Below, piece after piece: positions 45,491-53,773 of a DNA stretch of 64,000 nt. Every line of letters starts with the position of its first letter. The stretch's first letter is position 1. A program made the translations under genes and the position numbers. Source of the DNA: an uncultured Methanomassiliicoccales archaeon (lineage in GTDB: Archaea; Thermoplasmatota; Thermoplasmata; Methanomassiliicoccales; UBA472). The DNA is taken from NCBI GenBank assembly GCA_942492955.1, contig OW818644.1, forward strand, positions 1,439,541-1,503,540, read 5' to 3'. The notes beneath the pieces were generated by a model. The model searched no databases and was not told the DNA's origin. It worked only from the letters and a program-made list of their open reading frames with translations.

Positions 45491-46951
45491 TCAGGTGAAG
45501 GCCTGCCGAGCCCACTTCCTATCCAGGCCTCTGTAGAAATACCAGGAGAAGGCAGAAACGAACACCAGGACGACCCCGATCCCAATGGCGGAAATGAGGG
45601 GAGTGGTGTCGATCGAAAGCGAGAGCATGGTTATTCCGAAATCGGGGATCAGTGCCATCGCGGTGAATTTCAACATGATGTTGGGATCGAACAGGAAAGT
45701 ATTAGTTCTCAGCCCGGTCAGATATGCCGTCGCCAGCACCATGTATGCGCCAGTAACGTACAGCACCGGTAAGGCCAGCCATAGCAACCTCATCTCATTG
45801 TTCAGAATAGAGATCCCGAGCACGAAGATGGTCGAAATTACGCTCGTCAGGATGAAGAAGGCAATCAGCTTGGCCTTGATCACGCTCGGCACGCTCACCG
45901 GGAGCGTCTCAAAGTAATCTGCCAGGTCGATGTTGGATAACCAGCTATAGAGCATAACTCCGAAGAACCCGACCATGCCGGCATAGAAAACGCTGTTGAA
46001 GCCGACCGGGATCTTGAGACCATTGTTCACGTACCAAGTGGTGAAGGACAGGAACAACAGCGGGGCCACGTAAGCGAAGCCTATCTTCTTCAACAGACCG
46101 CTTCTCACGATGTCTACGAACTCCTTGGCCAGTAACGTGTCGAACCGACCGGCGAACCTGGTCATGGTGCGGTATCTGGAGAACACCTCGACGAATTGCG
46201 ATTTCGTGCTCTCATATTCCTGCTTGACCAGAAGGACGGCGAACGTGGTGAACAGGACCACGGCTATCATGCTCGCAGCGAGGTACAGTAGCACCGCCCC
46301 GGGGTCGTTCATGAACGGTGTCGAGGAAAGCTCCAGACCAATAGGCGGGAGCACATAACCCAGAGGGTAGGCATGGAACAGGCCGAACCCGGCCATCAGT
46401 GCCCCCAAGGCCGTTACGGCGACGCCGAAGGCGAGAGTGCTCCTGGTGTAGAGCACGGAGATCGCGAACGACAGCGATATCCCGAAAAGGAAGGACAGGA
46501 ACATCGAGGCGAACAGCATCAGGCAGGAGACCAGCGCGTAGTGCGCGAACACCGATGCCAGCAGCAGGCCGCAGAAGGCCGGGCCCAGTATCAGGATGGT
46601 ATAGAAGATGATGTCCCTGAGGTACATTCCGAAGAAAGTGGCGCGGAACGACAGCGGCAATAGGAACGGCATCGCGATGAGGAAGTTGACCTTGCCATAA
46701 CGCCTCTCGATGTATGTATGGCCAAGGAAACCGAAGGCTCCGACGCTTATCCCATAGATGAAAATGCCTCCCAGTGCCAGAGTGAGCATGTCACCCAGCG
46801 GCATCCCGGTCTGGAGATTCGGGAAGCTTCCCGCGAAGAAGAAAGTCAGCACGAACACGTAGATGGGCATCGCCATGAACATGCGGCGCGATGAGTAGGA
46901 GACGTGGAGACGGTACTCCTCCAGCAGCATCAGCTTAAGAAGGCTTGGCAT
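45491..46951 (-). CDS. ABC exporter permease (two ABC-2-like halves)
   Basis: About 12 TM helices, LPLS...Y.RD and LPVS..SVIKAK repeats. Coupled to the ATPase gene. Confidence 0.75.
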   Translation of the reverse strand: MPSLLKLMLLEEYRLHVSYSSRRMFMAMPIYVFVLTFFFAGSFPNLQTGMPLGDMLTLALGGIFIYGISVGAFGFLGHTYIERRYGKVNFLIAMPFLLPLSFRATFFGMYLRDIIFYTILILGPAFCGLLLASVFAHYALVSCLMLFASMFLSFLFGISLSFAISVLYTRSTLAFGVAVTALGALMAGFGLFHAYPLGYVLPPIGLELSSTPFMNDPGAVLLYLAASMIAVVLFTTFAVLLVKQEYESTKSQFVEVFSRYRTMTRFAGRFDTLLAKEFVDIVRSGLLKKIGFAYVAPLLFLSFTTWYVNNGLKIPVGFNSVFYAGMVGFFGVMLYSWLSNIDLADYFETLPVSVPSVIKAKLIAFFILTSVISTIFVLGISILNNEMRLLWLALPVLYVTGAYMVLATAYLTGLRTNTFLFDPNIMLKFTAMALIPDFGITMLSLSIDTTPLISAIGIGVVLVFVSAFSWYFYRGLDRKWARQAFT

Positions 46952-47663
46952 AGACGCTCCCCACCAATCTCAGGAATGCGGTCTCCAGGTCCTCGCCCTT
47001 GGATGTTATCTCCTCGATCGAAGAGTTCAGCGCGACGTGCCCGTGGTCAAGGATGATGACATTGTGGCACAGCTTCTGTGCCGTTTCCAGGATGTGAGAG
47101 CAGAGGAACACCGTACGCCCTTCGTCCCTCAGCGCCAGGAGGTAATCCTTCAGTTTGCGCTGGTAGATCGGGTCCAGGTTGATGAACGGTTCGTCCAGGA
47201 ACAGCAGCTTCGGCTCGTGGATGAAGGCGGCGGACAGCATCACCTTCTGCCTCATGCCTTTGGATAGGTCGCGGCACAGGGTGCCCTTCGACTCGGAAAG
47301 GTCAAAGAAATCCATCCATTGGTCGATTCGCTTATCCGGTTCGTCGACCTTCCTGATGCTGCAGACGAACTGCAGGAACTCGGAGGCGGTGAGATAGCTC
47401 GGCGGTGATTCCACCTCCGGCACGATGCCGATGGCCTTCTTGACCTCGATGGGGCTCATGGACGGGTCCAACCCCAGGACCGAGCAGCGCCCGCTCGTCG
47501 CCTGGATCTGGCCGGTCATGATCTTCAGTAAAGTGGATTTTCCCGCCCCGTTGGGTCCGAAACAGCCGAAGAAGTCTCCCTGCTCGACCTTGAAACTGAT
47601 ATTGTCCAGGGCAGTGAAGCTCCCGTACTTCTTCGTTGTCGATTCCACCTCAACGACGGGCAT
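46935..47663 (-). CDS. ABC transporter ATP-binding protein
   Basis: GPNGAGKST, LSKGMRQK, LDEPF..LDP, SHIL. Confidence 0.93.
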   Translation of the reverse strand: MPVVEVESTTKKYGSFTALDNISFKVEQGDFFGCFGPNGAGKSTLLKIMTGQIQATSGRCSVLGLDPSMSPIEVKKAIGIVPEVESPPSYLTASEFLQFVCSIRKVDEPDKRIDQWMDFFDLSESKGTLCRDLSKGMRQKVMLSAAFIHEPKLLFLDEPFINLDPIYQRKLKDYLLALRDEGRTVFLCSHILETAQKLCHNVIILDHGHVALNSSIEEITSKGEDLETAFLRLVGSVYAKPS

Positions 47664-47828
47664 AGCCGCTCGATTAGGCGTGTAGCTATATAACGACAAT
47701 GTTAAGAATATCAGTCCAGATTCTGCATGCTGGGCAATAATAATCCAAGTAGAATTGATATATTACCAAATGATATGACTGCCCATCTCAGTGATATCAC
47801 TTATCACGGCGATTCTTGAGGTGGGCGA

Positions 47829-48170
47829 ATGAAGGGCAAGAGCATCCTAACCAACAAAATAGAGAGCGAGATTGAGCTCCTGGAGAGGCACGTCAAGATG
47901 CTGAGCGCGATCATGGACCATGAGCCTATCGGAATCATACGTCTCTCTGAGCTGTTGGACATCCCTCAGCACAAGGTGAGGTATTCGCTCCGCATCCTAG
48001 AACAGGAAGGATTGATCAACCCCTCGCCAGAAGGCGCCGTCACCACTGAGAAATTGCAGACGTTCTTCACCGACCTGAAGGACATCCTGCAACACATGGA
48101 CGAGACCGTGAATGCACTCCGGACCTCGTTAGAGACAAGCAGTTTTGAGACAAAAAAGATTAATAAATGA
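47829..48170 (+). CDS. Archaeal winged-helix transcriptional regulator
   Basis: EPIGIIRLSELL.IP.HKVRYSLRILEQEGLI.PS.EGA. SD GAGGTG. Confidence 0.8.
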   Translation: MKGKSILTNKIESEIELLERHVKMLSAIMDHEPIGIIRLSELLDIPQHKVRYSLRILEQEGLINPSPEGAVTTEKLQTFFTDLKDILQHMDETVNALRTSLETSSFETKKINK

Positions 48171-48193
48171 CCAGTTATGTCTCGCCAATCCAT

Positions 48194-48269
48194 GCCGTCG
48201 TAGCTCAGTCGGTAGAGCGTGGGACTGTTAATCCCAAGGTCATCGGTTCGATCCCGATCGACGGCGCCA
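48194..48269 (+). tRNA. tRNA-Asn (GTT), CCA encoded
   Basis: GCCGTCG/CGACGGC acceptor, GCTC/GAGC D-stem, TGGGA-CTGTTAA-TCCCA, ATCGG-TTCGATC-CCGAT. Confidence 0.97.
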
Positions 48270-48685
48270 AAACTCTCTCTTCTGTTCGTTGATCTTTGAC
48301 CGGCAATTGTCATTCTGGCAATACGCCTGATTTAGAATGGTCGAACGAGCCTTGAAATGATCTGGATTCAAACCCGAATGAAAATTTCCCGTAAGGAAAA
48401 AAGGATTTCTTGGGGGACGATACCGGGGGGTGGTTCGTCCCCATTTGGAGGGAGTTGCCGTCGCCACGAAAACTAAGGCCCATATCGTGGCCTTTAACCG
48501 CAGCGTCGGTCTATTCCTTATTTCAAGGACCGACAAATTGGACATATAACGGTATTCATCCAGCAATCATCCTTGATATCGACCTGATCCGATTTGGCAA
48601 GTCCCAAATCGATGCCTTCCTGAATCAATGTAACTGGCGGCCGCTAGATTTAAGTGAGATATGCTGCAATTGACATTTGATAGAC

Positions 48686-48970
48686 ATGCTTTCGAAAATC
48701 CCGATCATTCTGGAAAAGGTCGACCCGAAGTCAATCGACATGGAGATCCTCAGGGCAGCAATCATCGGAGAGCTGGACGCGATCAACCTCTATGAACAGA
48801 TGGCTGGTTTGACCAAGAACCAAGATCTCCGAAAGGTACTATTGGACGTGGCAAAGGAGGAGAAGACCCACGTCGGTGAGTTCCAGGCGATGCTGCTGCG
48901 GATCGACCCGGAGCAGGCAAAAGAGCTGGAGAAGGGAAAGGCAGAGGTAGACGAGATGATGGAGAAGTAG
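48686..48970 (+). CDS. Small ferritin-like protein, encapsulin-associated (EncFtn) type
   Basis: EILR.AII.ELDAINLYEQMA...VLLDVAKEEK.HVGEF..LL...DPEQ, the pattern of the Thermococcales encapsulin ferritin-like domain. Confidence 0.85.
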   Translation: MLSKIPIILEKVDPKSIDMEILRAAIIGELDAINLYEQMAGLTKNQDLRKVLLDVAKEEKTHVGEFQAMLLRIDPEQAKELEKGKAEVDEMMEK

Positions 48971-49117
48971 AACCCTCTCCATATCCATCCAATTCCTGAA
49001 AATGATGTACTGATGAGCCAGGGATCTGAGCATCGATGCCCGCCCAGCAGAACCTCGAGCACTAACTGGCTCGTGGTGCGTTGAATCGCCAAGCTTACGA
49101 ATCGTGTCGAAGCCAGA

Positions 49118-49480
49118 TTACGACCGACCAAGGTCCGGTTGTCTGATCATCGTAAGCAGCATCTTGAAAGGCTTCACGGCTTTCAGGGCATGCGACTCGT
49201 TTGCGGGCATGATGATCGCATCCCCTGCCTTCATGGAATGTGATGTGCCGGACAGCGTCAGGTCGACCTCCCCCTCCAGTATATGGACCATCGCGTCGTA
49301 GGGAGCGGCGTGCTCGCTCAGGCCCTGCCCTTCATCGAATGCGAAGATGGTGATCGTGCCGACCGGCTTATCGATGAGGGTCCGGCTTACGACGGAACCC
49401 TCCTGATAGGAAACAAGGTCGTTCATTTTCAAATGCTTGCCGAGCACATCTTCCGGTCCGGATCTCGTAGGTCTTGCCAT
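49118..49480 (-). CDS. Cupin-domain protein
   Basis: FAFDEGQGLSEH.AP.DA..ILEGE, MPAN..HAL.A. Confidence 0.88.
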   Translation of the reverse strand: MARPTRSGPEDVLGKHLKMNDLVSYQEGSVVSRTLIDKPVGTITIFAFDEGQGLSEHAAPYDAMVHILEGEVDLTLSGTSHSMKAGDAIIMPANESHALKAVKPFKMLLTMIRQPDLGRS

Positions 49481-49527
49481 GAGTGATCGGCTACACATTC
49501 GCTCCCCGTTCTAATAACCGTTCGGTC

Positions 49528-49896
49528 TCAGCCTTTCTTCTTGGGCCTCTTCACGGGAAGCGAGACCACCAGACCATATGAACGTTCGAACCACCGGTCG
49601 AGCCTGTCCAGATCGTCCAATGAAGAGGATGGTATGGAAACGTACTCGCGCATGACCGTGCTTTCCGTCGGGGAAAAAACCCCCGATCCGGGGATCTCCT
49701 TCTTGATGGAAAGGCCGTCCTCATCGGAAAGCCTGAGGAATATCCCGTCCCCGAACACGCCCATGAACATGTTCCCTTTGACGGACCAAACGTCGGCCCC
49801 GAACATCCTCCTCCGCTCGCAATTGAATTTTTCCAGGTGGGGGGCGAGCCGCTCGCCGAGCTCTTTCGACGCCTTCGGCCATGCCTTGTTTTCCAT
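49528..49896 (-). CDS. TfoX/Sxy N-terminal domain protein
   Basis: RRMFG...W.V.GNMF.G....LRL, MREYV.IP, W..RS...V.SLP.K. Confidence 0.85.
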   Translation of the reverse strand: MENKAWPKASKELGERLAPHLEKFNCERRRMFGADVWSVKGNMFMGVFGDGIFLRLSDEDGLSIKKEIPGSGVFSPTESTVMREYVSIPSSSLDDLDRLDRWFERSYGLVVSLPVKRPKKKG

Positions 49897-50136
49897 GGAT
49901 GATGATTGGGAGGAGATGGTATTAATTGCTGTTTTTGTTCGAGGTTGGGCTGTGATGGTCGTGCCGGCGCACCCTCGGCACCATTGAATGTCGTTCAGAG
50001 AACTGGCAACCGAACAACTGACGAAATATTGGCAAAGATTTTTCTAGACAGTAAGGGAGTGTCCATCTGTTAGTGAAACATGGGCGAAGGTCATCGGTGA
50101 GAGATCTCCGTGATTTGGAAGGACGGGCGTATCAAA

Positions 50137-50658
50137 ATGACGTCAATCGAGGAAATGAAGCATATGATCATGGTCTGCTTGAAGGAGATGATAGCGGACG
50201 AGCTGCACTTGAAGAAGTTCAAGACAAGCAGTCACAGCAAACGCTTATCGGACAAACAGTTCCTGGAATACTTCGCCAGCAAGTACGGGGATAGAATGAT
50301 CAACGATCACGGGCCGTACAATATCCTGAACCTATTCACCACCGAATTGAACATGAAGTGGGTCTCGGATGGTAAGAGGACCGTACTGGATGGTTTCACC
50401 ATCGGCGGCATGCCGGTCGTCGATTACATCAATGGCTATCAGTTGAACGGGGTCGTGCCGGAGCCGAAGGAAGAGAAGACCGAGCTGAGCGAAGAGGAAC
50501 AGCTGGAAGCCCTGTATGGCAAGATGTTCGAGAACCGGGTAATCGATCAGAAGATAGCGGAACGGGGCAAGGAGATACCGAGCAAGAAGCGGCCAGACCC
50601 GCTGGTCAGGCCGGAATCCGATGACGATGACATCGAAGAAACGGAGTTCGCGAATTGA
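50137..50658 (+). CDS. Hypothetical protein with acidic C-terminus
   Basis: Long ORF with host-like codons. No recognised motif. Confidence 0.6.
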   Translation: MTSIEEMKHMIMVCLKEMIADELHLKKFKTSSHSKRLSDKQFLEYFASKYGDRMINDHGPYNILNLFTTELNMKWVSDGKRTVLDGFTIGGMPVVDYINGYQLNGVVPEPKEEKTELSEEEQLEALYGKMFENRVIDQKIAERGKEIPSKKRPDPLVRPESDDDDIEETEFAN

Positions 50659-50775
50659 AGGACGAGTTCGTCATCTCATTTTCTATCCTGGCCCGCTCTG
50701 GAAACGCTCGCTCCGTGGATACATTTTCCCGACACGGAAGGCCATCGCAATAGGTCCCATTTTTTAAATGATGGA

Positions 50776-51393
50776 TCACTCAACCAGCAGTATGCCGGTC
50801 CATACCGGGTCCTTGGCCGGGAACTCGATGGTGACCCCGGAATTCTCAGCGGTGCGGACCACGTCGATCCCCACCGCCTCCATCGAAGGCCTCGCCTCGA
50901 ACGGATGCCGGCACGGCTCGCCCGAAGAGATCCCCACGCACTCATCGCACAGTGAACACGCCCCTCCAGATAGCGCCAGGGCGAACCGATGGCCCATCAT
51001 CAGGGCGTCCCGCTCAAGCTTGCTCAGTATCATTTCGAACGAGCGGGTGCTGGTGCGGAGCTGTCGCCGGTAGTCCTCGTCATTGATCACCTCGACCAGG
51101 CTGGTTGCCCCCAACCTTCGTTCCACCGATGCCAGGTCGGCGATTATCTTGGCCTGCACCAGGATGGCGAACTCATACCTCTCCAGCGATCTGGCGAACT
51201 CGTCCGGTTTGACGCAGCTCGGGGGGCACATCAGATTTCTACCATAATGAACGCACCGCGGGATCTGGCATTTTAGACTGACCCTCGGATCCATGACCAC
51301 GTAGCTGACCGGGATTGGCATAGCCTTGGAAGCCCCGTAAGAGGCGGCCTTATCGCAAAGCTCCGAAAGATGTTCCTCTATCGATGTCACCAT
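50776..51393 (-). CDS. DUF2284 metal-binding protein
   Basis: C..P.C..YG.N..CPP, GG.CSLC..C...C.HP..ARPSMEA.GIDV. Confidence 0.88.
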   Translation of the reverse strand: MVTSIEEHLSELCDKAASYGASKAMPIPVSYVVMDPRVSLKCQIPRCVHYGRNLMCPPSCVKPDEFARSLERYEFAILVQAKIIADLASVERRLGATSLVEVINDEDYRRQLRTSTRSFEMILSKLERDALMMGHRFALALSGGACSLCDECVGISSGEPCRHPFEARPSMEAVGIDVVRTAENSGVTIEFPAKDPVWTGILLVE

Positions 51394-51529
51394 GACCTTG
51401 ACCCTCAGACAGAAGATGAGGGAGCAAGGCATATAATAATTGCCGGAACAGGGCAAAATGACATACCCAGCATATTCACTTTCAGGACAATTAGTTTTAT
51501 ATGCGGGCTGTACTTAACCTGTCCTCAAC

Positions 51530-51629
51530 GGGTCCGTAGCTTAGTCCGGTGGAGCGTCAGGCTCATAGGATGCACTTAGCCATCTAAGAAACCCGATGGT
51601 CGTCGGTTCGAATCCGACCGGGCCCACCA
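51530..51629 (+). tRNA. tRNA with CAT anticodon (probably Ile2, possibly Met) and a 23-nt intron at 37/38 (51568-51590)
   Basis: GGGTCCG/CGGGCCC acceptor, discriminator A plus CCA, CT-CAT-A loop, GTCGG-TTCGAAT-CCGAC. BHB-like intron. TTTTATAT promoter near 51495. Confidence 0.88.
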
Positions 51630-51869
51630 TCTTTATCTGGCCCATTGTCAAAACCCAAAAAGGCCAAAAATCTTCTCGAGTTGCATAATTAGCTTGAGCT
51701 TTCTTCGGCGGTGAGGCCATGAACCGCCACGAGAGGGCCAACCTCCGCGAGCAGTACGGGCCCGGTAGAGCCTGGGACATCGCCCAAGCTCCTGCGCATC
51801 GTCTAAGGAGGCCTGTTGCGATCTGTCCATACTTGAACAAAGGCAAACGTTATTCATCTGACGCCTGCA

Positions 51870-52835
51870 ATGAAGTATCATATGCGCAGGTCGCTGATAA
51901 TCTTAGCTCAATTCATCCTTGCGTTCATCTTCTGGCTTACCAACTACTTTTATGCCAATAATCAGGCCTGGAGATTGTTCCTCACCTTCCTAGCCCTTGG
52001 CATTATTTATGTCGCTTTCCGGGTGGTCATCCAACACCTCATTACTCGGAACATGACGGACGAAAGAACGAGATACACCGCCCGACGCATGTTGTCTGTG
52101 CTCTATGTCATAGCCTTCGCCGGGAGTCTAGTGCTCATTTGGATCGATAACACTCAGTCCATCGTGGTCTCATTCGGAATCGTCGGGGCAGGTCTGGCGA
52201 TTGCGTTGCAGGATATGTTCAGGAACATCGCTGGTGGTATTGTTATCCTTCTCACTGGGATGTTCAAGGTGGGAGATCGTATTGAGGTGGGAAACAAGAC
52301 CGGGGATGTCATCGATATTGGGATCATGTACACAACGGTCCTTGAGTTGAACGAGTGGGTTGACGCGAATCAGCCCACCGGGAGGCTTTCGAACATTCCC
52401 AACTCCGCGGCCATTGATTCGGTGGTCAACAATTTCTCTCGAGATTTCAGTTTCGTGTGGGCGGAACTCGAGCTCCCCATTACCTACGATAGCGATTGGA
52501 GGACAGCACGAGGGATAGTCTTGCAGGTACTGAAGGAGGTTGTCGGGGCCACAACTGCCCGTGCAGAGAAAGAGATCTCAGACATGACCCACGTGTATTA
52601 TCTCAAGACGGTTTCCGTGGAACCCGCGGTATATATCACCCTTACAGATAATTGGGTCAGCCTCCACATCCGTTATCCGGTGCCAATCAATGAGGCCAGA
52701 CTGGTCAAGGATCTCATATTCACGAAAATCCTTGATGAGTTCGAGAAGCGCAATAACATCACAATAGCATCGTCGACCCAAACGATAACAATCACGAACT
52801 TTAGGGAAGGGCCAATGCGGGCAGATCGGGGATGA
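51870..52835 (+). CDS. mscS: Small-conductance mechanosensitive channel
   Basis: G..GAGLAIALQD...N..GG, FKVGDRIE.G...GDV.DIG..YT, IPNS, NNFSR. Confidence 0.92.
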   Translation: MKYHMRRSLIILAQFILAFIFWLTNYFYANNQAWRLFLTFLALGIIYVAFRVVIQHLITRNMTDERTRYTARRMLSVLYVIAFAGSLVLIWIDNTQSIVVSFGIVGAGLAIALQDMFRNIAGGIVILLTGMFKVGDRIEVGNKTGDVIDIGIMYTTVLELNEWVDANQPTGRLSNIPNSAAIDSVVNNFSRDFSFVWAELELPITYDSDWRTARGIVLQVLKEVVGATTARAEKEISDMTHVYYLKTVSVEPAVYITLTDNWVSLHIRYPVPINEARLVKDLIFTKILDEFEKRNNITIASSTQTITITNFREGPMRADRG

Positions 52836-52985
52836 ACACAAACATCCTTGGTGCCAAAGTGCAAAGAAGATCACTATACCATTGAGTGCTCGATTAATAA
52901 TAATGATCTCCAGTGCCATTTCTTGATTTGTTTTGGCACAAGCTTCCGTGAAAAGATTACCTTATGCGCCAACGTCACGCAACAA

Positions 52986-53300
52986 TTAGTTCAGCGGAGC
53001 AAGTATGCCCATAAGGCTGGCGAATTCTGCGTTGAGTTGCACAACGTCCGACACTCTTGAGACCAGATTTACTGGCATCGATACTGTTGGTGTACTGAAG
53101 ATGGGCTTCCGTATGTTCAATTCATCTAGAATCGCCTTCTCCAACCTAATAACGATGGCCTCTATTGTCCAGGTCGCCATGTCTATCTTTATTCCCGTCA
53201 TCTGGCCAATTCTTCTTCCATCCGTGGTTAGGACGTTCCTCTCCAATCTAAAATCCGCCTCTTCATACGAAGGAACCGAGACAGGTTGCGTTTGCGTCAT
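52986..53300 (-). CDS. PRC-barrel protein
   Basis: NVLTTDGR.IG.M..I.ID..W.I..I, P...V..V.DVVQL. Confidence 0.8.
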   Translation of the reverse strand: MTQTQPVSVPSYEEADFRLERNVLTTDGRRIGQMTGIKIDMATWTIEAIVIRLEKAILDELNIRKPIFSTPTVSMPVNLVSRVSDVVQLNAEFASLMGILAPLN

Positions 53301-53537
53301 GGGTGTGTCTAGTGATTGGATGGTATAAGTATTCGTTTTATATTAAAGCCGACGAATCCAGACTACTGTCGTTGATATTTCTACCGGAGTGTGAATGACC
53401 GAATACTGTTCGACGATGCTACTCACACCTCAGTTTACAGACGCGAAAGTCTAACATCGGTCAGGATCGTTCGCTAGCAAGTCAAAACACCAAAAATTCT
53501 TGTGGTTTTGCGAAAGCCAGATAGAAGAAGGAGCCTT

Positions 53538-53559
53538 AATCCGACCGGGCCCACCATCT
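53538..53559 (+). repeat. attR-like copy of the tRNA 3' end
   Basis: Exact 22-bp match to 51611-51632. Confidence 0.85.
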
Positions 53560-53773
53560 CGCATATCCATATACTTCAAGACTTTTCATGGGCTTTGAGA
53601 ATTATTCTCAAGACTCAAGGATCCTAATTTCGTTCTCGATTGTTCGGGCTCCGAACATGGAGGATATCATGGATCTGCCTTTTCGTCTCGCTCAAAGCAC
53701 CCTATGTAATCGGCAATGGTCGTGAAATGAAAAATGGAGGACGCAATGAACCTTCCGCCCAATCATCGATCCA

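Larger units (their letters stand above)
51611..53559. mobile_element. About 1.9-kb tRNA-integrated islet (remnant) bounded by 22-bp direct repeats
   Basis: AATCCGACCGGGCCCACCATCT at 51611-51632 and 53538-53559. No integrase visible inside. Confidence 0.7.

Noticed and set aside
48968-49085. Possible pyrrolysine read-through of TAG stops (EncFtn, also elp3 and the 5345 gene)
   Set aside because: The extensions are short or featureless, the proteins already end at family-typical positions, and no cargo-loading peptide appears.
51541-51846. ORF containing MVGPVGFEPTT
   Set aside because: Typical spurious translation of a tRNA's antisense strand.
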